DNA from: an uncultured Clostridia bacterium
GTDB taxonomy: Bacteria > Acidobacteriota > Blastocatellia > HR10
Assembly (NCBI GenBank): GCA_964615335.1
Contig: CAZTMT010000005.1
Coordinates: 107,104-171,103 of the forward strand
Reading direction: 5' to 3'
DNA length: 64,000 bases
The notes beneath the pieces were generated by a model. The model saw only the letters and a list, made by a program, of their open reading frames with translations. It was not told the DNA's origin and ran no database searches. Below, piece after piece: positions 29,745 to 39,800 of the stretch; the first letter of the stretch is position 1; each line of letters begins with the position of its first letter. The translations under genes were made by a program, and so were the position numbers.

Positions 29745-32399
29745 ATGTTATCCGGGAGACGGATCATCGGACTTCTCATGGCAGTCGTGATGGCGGGAGG
29801 AATTCCTTCCCGGGCGAGTTCCCAGGAGCGCCTCGATGAGATCATTCGCAGTGGCTTCATCTACCGCAATCTCGGGCCGTTTCGCGCAGGCGCGTGGATT
29901 TCGGATATCGCCGTGCCGGAGACGCCGTTGAAGTCGCACTTGTATACCTTCTACGTGGCCGCGCGACATGGCGGCGTCTGGAAGACGACCAACAACGGGA
30001 CGACGTTCGAACTCGTCTTTGACCACCATTTCTCGATCGGGGCGATCGCCATTGCTCCGTCGAACGAGAACATCGTATGGGTCGGTACGGGTGAAGCGTC
30101 CAATGCCCGAAGTTCCTACGCAGGGGATGGCGTGTACAAATCCCACGACGGCGGGAAGACCTGGCAGAACATGGGTCTGCGGGACTCCTATCACATCGCG
30201 CGCATCGTGATTCATCCGACCAATCCCGACATCGTTTATGTCGCTGCGGTGGGCCACTTGTTCACGACCAATGAAGAACGCGGCGTGTTCAAGACGACCG
30301 ATGGCGGCAAGACGTGGACGAGAGTTCTCTACGTCAACGACCGGACGGGAGCCATTGACCTCGTCATGAGCCGGCGCGATCCCCAGGTGCTCTACGCGGC
30401 GATGTACGAGCGGCGGCGCCTTCCCTGGGGATTCGAGGACGGAGGGCCGGGAAGCGGCATCTACAAGACCACCGATGGCGGAACGAGTTGGAAGAAGCTC
30501 GAGGGGGGATTGCCCAGCGGAACCATCGGGCGCATCGGATTGGACCTCTATCAGAAGAATCCCCGTATCGTCTACGCAGTCATTGACAACCGCAATCCTC
30601 GCGCCAGAATCGAGGGCGAACAGGAGATGACCGCGCCGGTCATCGGGGGCGAGGTTTATCGCAGCGATGATGGTGGAGCGACCTGGCGGAAGATGAATTC
30701 GGAGCGCGACGATGTGAGCCGCAAATCGGGATATGCTTTCAATCAGATCCGGATTCGTCCCGATAATCCCGACCGGATTTATGTCACGGGCGCCTCTCTG
30801 ATCAGTTCCTCCGATGGGGGGAAGACATGGGTAGGGCTGAGCGGCGGGCCGCAGGAGGATCGTCCCTTCCGACGCGCCTTCGGAGATTTTCGCACGCTCT
30901 GGATTGATCCGCAGAATCCCGATCGAATGATCGCGGGCACCGATGGGGGTGTCTACATCTCTTACGACGGCGGCAAGACGTGCGATCACTACTGGAACAT
31001 CCCGCTGGGTGAAGTCTACGCGCTGACGGTGGACATGGAAGAGCCGTACAACATCTACGCTGGGCTTCAAGATCACGAGTCGTGGAAGGGACCGAGCAAC
31101 GGCTGGTCCGGCAGCGTCGGGCTGGCCGATTGGGTGACGGTGGGAACTGGCGACGGCATGTACAATCAGGTGGATCCGACCGATAGCCGCTGGGTTTACA
31201 ACACGCAACAGTTCGGAGGTCATGCCCGGTTCGATCAAAAGACGCGCGTGCGGAAGATCATCGCGCCGACGCGCCCGCCGGGCCAGCCCCCCCTGCGGTT
31301 CAATTGGGTCGCTCCGCTTCGGCTCTCGCCGCATAATCCGCAGATCCTCTACGCGGGCGCTCAGGTGCTCCTGCGCTCACTGGATCGCGGAGAGCACTGG
31401 CAGGAGATCAGTCCCGATTTGACGACCAACGATCCGCGCAAGATCAGTCCGCCGGGCGCTCCCATTCAACATTGTACGATCACGACGATCTCGGAATCCC
31501 CGGTCACGCCGGGCGTCATCTGGGTGGGCACCGATGATGGCCGAGTTCAGGTGACGCGCGACGGCGGCGCGACGTGGACCGATGTGACGCCGGCCCTGGC
31601 GAAAGCGGGAGGTCCCGAAGACGCCTGGGTGACGCGCGTCTTCGCCTCGCACTTCGAGGCCGGAACGGCTTATGTGGCCAAGTCGCGGCGCTACCAGGAC
31701 GATTTCCGCCCCTTTCTCTACAAGACGACCGATTACGGCGCGACGTGGACGTCCATCGCCGGCGATCTGCCGATGCGCTCGATCAACGTCATCTTCGAAG
31801 ATTACAAGAATCCCGATCTGCTCTTTGTCGGCAACGACTGGGGCGTCTACGTCTCGCTGGATGGGGGGAAACATTGGGCGGTGCTGCGAGGCAATATGCC
31901 TCCGGTTCCGGTGCACGATCTGGTGATTCATCCGCGCGATGGCGATGTGGTCGTGGGCACCTACGGGCGTGGCCTCTGGGTGACCGACATCGCGCCGCTC
32001 CGCGAGGTGAGTCCTCAGATCCTCGACCGCGAGGTCTATTTCTTCGCCATTCGTCCCAGAGCCCGAAGACCAGAAGGCGCTTTGGGAAATTACCGGCTTT
32101 TCGGAGATCGTTTGATCGTGACGCCGAACGAGCCCAATGGGCTCACGTTCACATACTATGTGAAGGAGGCCCGAGAAAGGGTCACGCTCACGATCACCGA
32201 TCTCTCGGGCGCTCCGGTGCGCACTCTGGAGGGGACGGCTAAGGCTGGGATCAATCGCGTCGTCTGGAGCTTCCAGCCGACGGGCTCGCCGGGACGTTCC
32301 CGCGGCTCAACCCAGCGCGAGGTCGAACCGGGAGAGTACGTGGTGACGCTCCGAGTCGGCGAGAAGGAGTACACGCAGAGAGCGCGCGTTCTGCCGTGA
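29745..32399 (+). CDS. BNR/Asp-box repeat (sortilin/VPS10-like, GH74-like) secreted protein
   Basis: Signal peptide. At least 9 S/TxDxGxTW repeats (SHDGGKTW, TTDGGKTW, TTDGGTSW, SDDGGATW, SSDGGKTW, TRDGGATW, TTDYGATW...). 884 aa. Confidence 0.85.
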   Translation: MLSGRRIIGLLMAVVMAGGIPSRASSQERLDEIIRSGFIYRNLGPFRAGAWISDIAVPETPLKSHLYTFYVAARHGGVWKTTNNGTTFELVFDHHFSIGAIAIAPSNENIVWVGTGEASNARSSYAGDGVYKSHDGGKTWQNMGLRDSYHIARIVIHPTNPDIVYVAAVGHLFTTNEERGVFKTTDGGKTWTRVLYVNDRTGAIDLVMSRRDPQVLYAAMYERRRLPWGFEDGGPGSGIYKTTDGGTSWKKLEGGLPSGTIGRIGLDLYQKNPRIVYAVIDNRNPRARIEGEQEMTAPVIGGEVYRSDDGGATWRKMNSERDDVSRKSGYAFNQIRIRPDNPDRIYVTGASLISSSDGGKTWVGLSGGPQEDRPFRRAFGDFRTLWIDPQNPDRMIAGTDGGVYISYDGGKTCDHYWNIPLGEVYALTVDMEEPYNIYAGLQDHESWKGPSNGWSGSVGLADWVTVGTGDGMYNQVDPTDSRWVYNTQQFGGHARFDQKTRVRKIIAPTRPPGQPPLRFNWVAPLRLSPHNPQILYAGAQVLLRSLDRGEHWQEISPDLTTNDPRKISPPGAPIQHCTITTISESPVTPGVIWVGTDDGRVQVTRDGGATWTDVTPALAKAGGPEDAWVTRVFASHFEAGTAYVAKSRRYQDDFRPFLYKTTDYGATWTSIAGDLPMRSINVIFEDYKNPDLLFVGNDWGVYVSLDGGKHWAVLRGNMPPVPVHDLVIHPRDGDVVVGTYGRGLWVTDIAPLREVSPQILDREVYFFAIRPRARRPEGALGNYRLFGDRLIVTPNEPNGLTFTYYVKEARERVTLTITDLSGAPVRTLEGTAKAGINRVVWSFQPTGSPGRSRGSTQREVEPGEYVVTLRVGEKEYTQRARVLP

Positions 32400-32553
32400 C
32401 GAAGTCGAAGGACAGATGCGGCGGGGGATCCTTCAGGAGGAACTCATCAGCTCGGCATCGGTCGCAACCAGGACCACGCGGATCATCGTCTTGGATGTTG
32501 GATGAATGGGAGGCTGGGTCTTTCGGTCAGGAAACCACAGAAGGAGTTTCAAT

Positions 32554-34950
32554 ATGTCACGCGCACATGTCGTACGGTGGAGCTTTGGGATGACGGTGGC
32601 GATCCTGGTGATCGCCGGCATCGCCGGAGCACAACACGTCCCGAGTGTTATTTCTCCGGCTGTCCCTGAGCTGGCTCGTCCGTTGCCTCTCTCGGCCGTT
32701 CGGCTAACGGGGGGACCGCTCAAACGGGCGCAGGACTTGACGGCCGATTACCTGCTCAAGCTCGAACCGGACCGCATGTTGGCGTTCTACCGCCAGCGGG
32801 CCGGGTTGGAACCGAAAGCGCCCCCTTACGGGGGATGGGATGGCGACGGTCGAAACCTGACAGGGCATATCGCCGGTCACTACCTGTCTGCCGTGAGCTT
32901 GATGTATGCGGCCACGGGCGATGTGCGCTTCAAGGAGCGCGCCGATTACATCGTCCGCGAGCTGAAAGAGGTGCAGGATAAGCACGGGGACGGTTACCTG
33001 GGCGCGCAAGCGAATGCCAAAGAGCAGTTCCTTGAGATCTCCAAAGGCAACATTCGTTCGACGAGCTTCGATCTGAACGGACTGTGGGCTCCCTGGTACG
33101 TGATGCACAAGATCTTCGCGGGATTGCGCGATGCGTACCGCTATACGGGGAATCGCACGGCGCTGGAGGTGGCGATCCGGCTCGCCACCTGGGTCGAACG
33201 GATCCTCTCCCCATTGGACGATGCGCAACTGCAGAAGATGCTCAACACGGAGTTCGGCGGCATGCCCGAAGTGCTGGCCGATCTCTACGCGGATACGGGC
33301 GACGCGCGCTGGCTCGCCCTCTCGCATCGCTTCGATCATCGCGCCGTGCTGGAGCCGCTCTCGCGCGGGCAGAACATTCTGCCGGGCTTGCACGGCAACA
33401 CGCAGGTCCCGAAACTGCATGGCTCGCTCGTGCGCTACGCCTATACGGGAAACAAAGCCGACGGCGATGCCGCGCGCTTCTTCTGGGAGATCGTCGTCCG
33501 AGATCACAGCTTCGCCACCGGCGGCCACGGTAAGGATGAATACTTCGGTCCTCCGCGCGAGCTGAGCAATCGCATTGACGGGCGCACGGCGGAGAGCTGC
33601 AACGTCTACAACATGCTCAAGATGACGCGCAAACTCTTTGCGCTTCAGCCCGAGAGCAAATACGCGGAGTTTCACGAGCGCGCGCTTTTCACTCACGTTC
33701 TGGCCTCGATAGATCCCGAAGATGGGCGGATGTGTTACATGGTTCCTGTCGGTCGGGGCGTGCAGCGCGAATACCAGAACATGCTGGGCAGCTTCACCTG
33801 CTGTGTCGGCACGGGCATGGAGAATCACGCCCTGCACGGCGATGGGCTCTATTACGAATCGGGCGACACGCTATGGGTCAACCTCTATGCGCCTTCCACG
33901 GCCCGATGGGAAGCCATGGGGGTGGACCTGACCGTGGAGACCGACTTCCCCCAGGGGGATGTGGTGACTGTGCGGCTTGCGCTCCGGGAGCCCAAAGAAT
34001 TCACGCTGGCGTTGCGCCGTCCGTCCTGGGCGGGCGTGGGGTTCAGCGTCCGGGTCAACGGTCGGTCCGTCCGATCGCTTCCGGTGCCGGGTTCCTATAT
34101 CCGGTTGAGGCGCCAGTGGAGAAACGGGGACACAGTGGTCCTGAGGATGCCGAAGACGCTGCGCCTGGAGCCGCTTCCGGATAATCCCCGCGTGGTCGCG
34201 ATCTTGTGGGGTCCACTGGTTCTGGCTGGCGATCTCGGACCGGAACCTTCTCGCGGAGGGCGCGGCGCGCGCTCCTCTGTCGAGCCCCCCGACATCCCCG
34301 TGCTTGTAGCGGCAGGTCGCCCTCCGGCGGAGTGGATCAAGCCAGTGCCCGGCAAGCCGGGCCACTTTCGGACTCAAGGCGTCGGGCGCCCACGCGATGT
34401 GGACCTGGTGCCCTTTTACCGCCTGCACCGGCGCACGTACTCGGTCTATTTCGATCTGCTGACGCCAGAAGAATGGGCGAGGAAGGTCGCCGAGTTGCAG
34501 GCTCAGCGCGAGCGCCAACACCAACTGGAAGCCGCGACGATCGTCTTTCTGCAGCCCGGGGACACCTCCATCGAACGCGAGTTCAATCCGCAGGGCGAAG
34601 AGACCACTCCGATACGACGAGCTGGTCGTCTGGGCCGGAGCGCCCGACGGTGGTTCTCCTTCGATCTGCCGGTTGATCCGGATCGGCCGGTGAAGCTCAT
34701 CGTGACGTATCATGGGGAGGAGCGGGCCACCCGAACCTTCGAGATCCTCGTGGAGGGCGTGCGCGTTGGCCAGCAGCGGATCGAGCGGCATCAACCCGGC
34801 AGCCCCTCGAAGAGCTTTTTCGATGTCGAATACGCGATCCCGGCGGAGCTGACTCGGGGGAAGCAGCGGGTGACGGTGCGGTTCCAGGCCACAGGCGAGA
34901 GCGAGACCGCCGGCGTCTTCGGCATTCGCCTGGTTCGCCTCACTCCTTGA
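32554..34950 (+). CDS. Glycoside hydrolase family 127 (β-L-arabinofuranosidase-like, DUF1680) protein
   Basis: Signal peptide. Conserved GH127 regions (GHYLSAVSLMYAATGD, ESCNVYNMLKMT, CCVGTGMENH with the catalytic and zinc-binding Cys). ATG at 32554 follows AAGGAG. Confidence 0.85.
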   Translation: MSRAHVVRWSFGMTVAILVIAGIAGAQHVPSVISPAVPELARPLPLSAVRLTGGPLKRAQDLTADYLLKLEPDRMLAFYRQRAGLEPKAPPYGGWDGDGRNLTGHIAGHYLSAVSLMYAATGDVRFKERADYIVRELKEVQDKHGDGYLGAQANAKEQFLEISKGNIRSTSFDLNGLWAPWYVMHKIFAGLRDAYRYTGNRTALEVAIRLATWVERILSPLDDAQLQKMLNTEFGGMPEVLADLYADTGDARWLALSHRFDHRAVLEPLSRGQNILPGLHGNTQVPKLHGSLVRYAYTGNKADGDAARFFWEIVVRDHSFATGGHGKDEYFGPPRELSNRIDGRTAESCNVYNMLKMTRKLFALQPESKYAEFHERALFTHVLASIDPEDGRMCYMVPVGRGVQREYQNMLGSFTCCVGTGMENHALHGDGLYYESGDTLWVNLYAPSTARWEAMGVDLTVETDFPQGDVVTVRLALREPKEFTLALRRPSWAGVGFSVRVNGRSVRSLPVPGSYIRLRRQWRNGDTVVLRMPKTLRLEPLPDNPRVVAILWGPLVLAGDLGPEPSRGGRGARSSVEPPDIPVLVAAGRPPAEWIKPVPGKPGHFRTQGVGRPRDVDLVPFYRLHRRTYSVYFDLLTPEEWARKVAELQAQRERQHQLEAATIVFLQPGDTSIEREFNPQGEETTPIRRAGRLGRSARRWFSFDLPVDPDRPVKLIVTYHGEERATRTFEILVEGVRVGQQRIERHQPGSPSKSFFDVEYAIPAELTRGKQRVTVRFQATGESETAGVFGIRLVRLTP

Positions 34951-35059
34951 GGGCGGGGAATATCCCCGGGGGAGCACCGAGCCTTCGCTCATCATGTCGT
35001 TTGGCCGAAGCTTCCCCCGACGGATATTCCCTCGGTGTTTTGGAGACGGGCCGACGTCG

Positions 35060-36706
35060 CTACTTCTTCCCGGCCGTCGCGCTTGTGGCGGGAACCTTCA
35101 TCCGCTCTTGTTTTTGCTTCTCGACCATTCGGGCCACATCGGCCAGCAGTTTCTTGGCATCGTAGACGATCCCATCTTTGATCGTCCACTTGATACCGCC
35201 CACGCGCTCGACTTTGCCCGTTTGATCGTTGAGCTTGAGAGCGCCCGTGCCGTAGAGCACCTTCAGATTCTCCAGGGGATTCTGATCCACGATCACCAGA
35301 TCGGCCAACATTCCCTCTCGCACGATGCCGAATTCGAGCGGTTTCCTCATGGGCTCATGCAGCGTCAAGGCGCCATTCATCGTCGCCGCCTGAATGACTT
35401 CGAGCGGATGAAAGCCCGCTTCCTGAAGCAGCTCCATCTCCTGGATGAATCCGAAGCCATAGGTGTTATAGATGAATCCGGAATCGGAGCCGACCGTCAC
35501 GCGCCCGCCGATCCGCTTGTAGTCGTTCAACAGTCGGAACCACACCTGGTAGAAATTCTTCCAGGCGACTTCGTCCCAGGTCGTCCAGTAATACCAGTAG
35601 GAGCCATGATTGGTGCGGTTGGCCTCGTAAAATTCCATGAGCGAAGGGAGCGTATACTTCTCGTGCCAATCGGCGTTGCGCATGCGCATCTGGTCGCGGC
35701 TGGCCAGATAGGCGACCATGGTCGGATCGAATGTCGTCCCCAGCTTCTTGTGCTCTTTCAGATACTCGTTCCATTCGGGGCTTCCTGGCGGATAAATCTT
35801 GTCCCACAGCCGCGCGACCTGACCGAAGCGATCTTGCTCGTTGTAGTAATTGTAGTTGGGGGGCCAGGGCTGCACGACATGATCTTTGAGCAGCGCTTCG
35901 AAATGGCCGTAGAAGTGGGTGACTGTTCCCAGCCCCAGCCGAGCCGCTTCGAGCGCGTCCATCTGCGCCACGCCGAGTTGCGAGAGATGAGCCGTCGAAC
36001 CGAGTCCGAGCTTCTTCGCTTCATCCAGCAGCGCGGCCATGATCTCTGGGGGGTAGGCATCCAGCTTCAGCCCATCCACGCCATTTTGCGCGGCCCAGCG
36101 AACCCAGGCGCGCGCCTCATCCGGAGTCCGCACCGGCCCGCGGTTCCATCCCGTGCCCGGACGTTGATAGTTGAAGATGCGCGGGGCCACGATCTCATTG
36201 CGCGCGCTGCGCTCTTTCTCCTTCACCGCGATCTCGTTGGGGGCCAGAGGAACGCCGCGCACGGTCGTGACTCCATGAGCCAGCCACAGTTTGTAGGGAT
36301 ATTCGGCTTCGGGATTCTTCGGGGGACCGCCGGCGTGCACGTGCATGTCCACGAATCCCGGCAGGACATACATTCCGGTCGCATCAATTTCGTAATCGGG
36401 ATTCTCCGGGGGACGATTCCGCCGGAGAGGCAGTCCCGGCGTGCCGGCCACCCGGATGGCGCTGATGCGATTGTTCTCGATGACAATATCCACGGGCCCG
36501 CGCGGGGGCGCGCCCGTGCCGTCAATCAGAATCGCTCCGCGAATGACCAGGGTCCTGAACGGGCCCATTCCCTCGTCGGGTCGGCGTGGGGGAGCAGGAA
36601 TGAGCTGCGCCTCGGGTTGTCGTTGTTGCGCTCCCACCAGAAGCTCCCCGATCCCGGGAAGGCTCAAAGCCAGAACACTCACAATGAGCAGCGCTCTTCT
36701 TCTCAT
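35060..36706 (-). CDS. Amidohydrolase-family metal-dependent hydrolase (secreted)
   Basis: Signal peptide. The HxH metal motif (FVDMHVHAGG) and overall amidohydrolase fold signature. Start at ATG after GGAGGAG. Confidence 0.8.
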   Translation of the reverse strand: MRRRALLIVSVLALSLPGIGELLVGAQQRQPEAQLIPAPPRRPDEGMGPFRTLVIRGAILIDGTGAPPRGPVDIVIENNRISAIRVAGTPGLPLRRNRPPENPDYEIDATGMYVLPGFVDMHVHAGGPPKNPEAEYPYKLWLAHGVTTVRGVPLAPNEIAVKEKERSARNEIVAPRIFNYQRPGTGWNRGPVRTPDEARAWVRWAAQNGVDGLKLDAYPPEIMAALLDEAKKLGLGSTAHLSQLGVAQMDALEAARLGLGTVTHFYGHFEALLKDHVVQPWPPNYNYYNEQDRFGQVARLWDKIYPPGSPEWNEYLKEHKKLGTTFDPTMVAYLASRDQMRMRNADWHEKYTLPSLMEFYEANRTNHGSYWYYWTTWDEVAWKNFYQVWFRLLNDYKRIGGRVTVGSDSGFIYNTYGFGFIQEMELLQEAGFHPLEVIQAATMNGALTLHEPMRKPLEFGIVREGMLADLVIVDQNPLENLKVLYGTGALKLNDQTGKVERVGGIKWTIKDGIVYDAKKLLADVARMVEKQKQERMKVPATSATAGKK

Positions 36707-36875
36707 CGTTTCTCCTCCTGGCAAAGAGTCACCGTTTTTCATCTCTGCTGAGACCGTTCGGATATGGGTTCCGAAGGCTGTCAGGCGCCGCCCATTCTAC
36801 CACAGAGCGCCTCGTGGGGCGATCGCACCCACGCACCTCCGAAGACCATCGCAGATCGAGCCGTGATCCTCCGCT

Positions 36876-39800
36876 TCAAAAGGCGAGTCGGAGGCGGAAC
36901 TGGACCTGCCGAGGCAGCGTCATCGTGCTTGTCGTCCGACCAAAATTGGTCGCCGTGATACTGATCGGAGTGACGGCGAATGTTCCTCCTGTGGGGACTT
37001 CGAAGACCGGATGATTGAAGGCGTTGACCATCTCCGCGCGAAACTCCATGCGCACCCTCTCTCCGGCGATCGGGATCTGCTTGGCCAGCGAGAGATCGGC
37101 CGTCGCAAACCGCGGCCCATACAGGTAGATGAAGCTTCCGAACTGCCCCGGCGTCGTGGGAGGAGATAGGAAGCTGGGATTAGCCCGTCCGTCGCTTCCC
37201 ACCAGCCGCGGATGGAGGAAGAAAACATCCGGACGGCCGGACGGCTTGAATACCCCTACCAGCTTCTGCAAGTCGGCCGTCGTCACCCCGTTGAGGATCA
37301 CGCCAGCGTCCGATTGATTGACCGTCGCCCGACCGCTGGAGAGCTTGAAGGGAAGACCGGATTGCACGCGGATGATCCATCCCACTGTCCAACCGCCCGC
37401 GATGCTGTTGAGGACCGGATGCGTGGTCGAAAATCGGCGCCCGGGGCCAAACGGCACGTCATAGGTGCCGAACACCTGAAAGACATGCCGGATGTCGAAG
37501 GGCGAAGGCCCATAATCCAGCCGCCGATTCCGCAGCGTCGTGAAGTCGCTCAGATTATCCACGTTCTTGGTATAGCGGTCGGTCAAGGCATGAGCCCACG
37601 TGTAGTTCACATTCAGCGTCAATCCGCGCGAGAGTCGGTGGCGGAACTCGATCTGAAGGGCATTGTAGTTCGAGAAGGAGTTGTCGCTGAGCACTCGAGC
37701 CGTACCCAAGAAAGGGTTGAGCCTGAAGAAATTGATCGGATACCGTCCGGGCGTCTGAAAGCCCAAATTGGCGCACGGCCCAAAGGCATTGCCCACCAGA
37801 CGGCAGAAGTAGATCGGGGTCGAAGCGAGAATATTCGCTAAAGCCCCTGCTTGCCCTGTCTGAAGCAGCGTGATGAAGCTCCCATTGCTGAATCCCTGTC
37901 CGGCCGGCAGGCCCGCGAACGCCGTCTCGAAGATCGGGATCGCCGCTTGTCCTGGTAATCCGTTATTGAGGAAAGTAGGTCCCCGCCCCTGAGCGAGGTT
38001 GACTTCGAGGTTCTTCTGGGCCTGAAGGAACTCGCGCAGGAAGCCGTTCTCGAAGATGTTCACCTCGTTGACGTTGAACGTATGCCACAGCCGCACGCCC
38101 CGATTGCCGACGTATCGCACCTCGATCGCCGTGCTTGTGGTCAGCTCCCGTTGAAGCCCCAAAGACCAGCTCTGTACATAGGGCGCGCGGATGTCCGGAT
38201 CTATTGTGGAGATGACCGTGTTGGTGAAGGTGAAATTCGCCAGCGCCAGAGGAAAACTGAAGCTCGCCGGAAACATCCGGAAGGGCGGCAACGGATCGCC
38301 CAGATGGAGCGAGCCCGGAGCGAAATCCACACCGGGCACCAGCGTGCCCGATTGGCGCAAGCCGGGATTATTGCCCGCGTTGTTGGTGAAATTGAGCAAG
38401 CCTTCGGAGTAATAGCTGATGGAGTAGCCGCCCCGAATGACCGTCTTCTGATCTCCCAGCACTCGTCCCAGGAAACCTTGCGAGAACTTCGGATTCCACG
38501 CGATTCCCACATGAGGGGCCGGATTGATGTAATCGCGCCGATAGGCATGCGAGCGTTGATAGATGGCTGGATGGGCGATGCCCAGCAGGGAGCCCGGAGC
38601 GAAGAGGTTCGGAGCCAGGCCGGAAGATCCTCGCGCGACGCCCGAAGGTCCAAACAGGTCCAGAAGCGTCGGACTGGTGTAGATGCCGTTTGTGTTGAAG
38701 ATGTCTCCTTGAAAGTCCCATCGCAGGCCGTAGTTGAGGGTCAGCGAGCGGTGGACGCGCCAGGAGTCCTGGAAGTAAAAACCGAAGAGAGTTTGTCGTT
38801 CCCGCAGGACGACGGGCGCATCTTCCACATACTGCCGCGTCTTCTCATCCACGTTGACGGACTTGGTCACGCTGGAGACGCGACCCACAAGCAGGGCGTA
38901 GAGCGCCAAGGCATCGTTGCGCGCGTCATTGGGGATGGAAGGAAGAGTGGTGCTGTTGAAGATGGCATTCACCGGATCATCGCTCACCACTCCGAACGTG
39001 AAGCGCGGGATACCGGCATCGCCGAGCGTGCTCTGGTACATGTCGATGCGAATATAGTTTCCTCCGAAGCTGAACGAGTGGGTGCCCCGCTGGTAGTGAA
39101 AGTTGTTGACCAGGTTGTAGACCGGATTGTTGCGCGGTTGAAAGGTGATCCCAAAGCCCAGGCCATTGACCGCCTCCAGCCCGCTCGCCAAACCCAGGGG
39201 GAAGTTCATGAGCCAGGGCTTGAAGAGGTCGCGGTTGTAGCCGATGTTGAAGATCTCTTGATTGCTCTGGATGCCGAAGTTGAACTCGTTGATCATGTTC
39301 GGTCGCAGAGTCCAGGTCGCGCTGATATTGGCGATATAGGGATTGGAGATCTGCCCGACCGATTGTTCCTGCGCGAAGATACCGGGCAGGACCGTTCCCC
39401 GAAATCCCCGTGCGTTCACATTATGATTGTAGGTATCCGAGACGCTGATGCGGAGCTTCTCGGTCACCTGGTAGTCGATCCGCAGCGTGGGATAGTGGTT
39501 GGTCACGGGAGAGGGGGCCACCCACCGGAGGCGATTCCGAATCAGATCGAATGGCGAGAGCGCCCCGGCCGATGTGGCTGATTGAATCTTCTGAAGTTGC
39601 GCGGCGATCGTCGGATTGACGCGGCTCGGGAAGCCGTGTTGTCCGGCGATTTGCAGCAGGTTCACCGTGCGCGTCACCCCATCGGTTCCGACATAGGTGA
39701 ACAAGCCGGTCTGAGCCGCGGGCGTCAAAACTCGCGCTTCGAACTCCGACGACTGAGGCGTGTTCACATACGCGTAGCTGGCGAACAGGAACAGGCGGTC

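Noticed and set aside
32704-33837. 377-aa minus-strand ORF inside the GH127 gene
   Set aside because: Antisense artefact. The plus-strand GH127 motifs are unambiguous.
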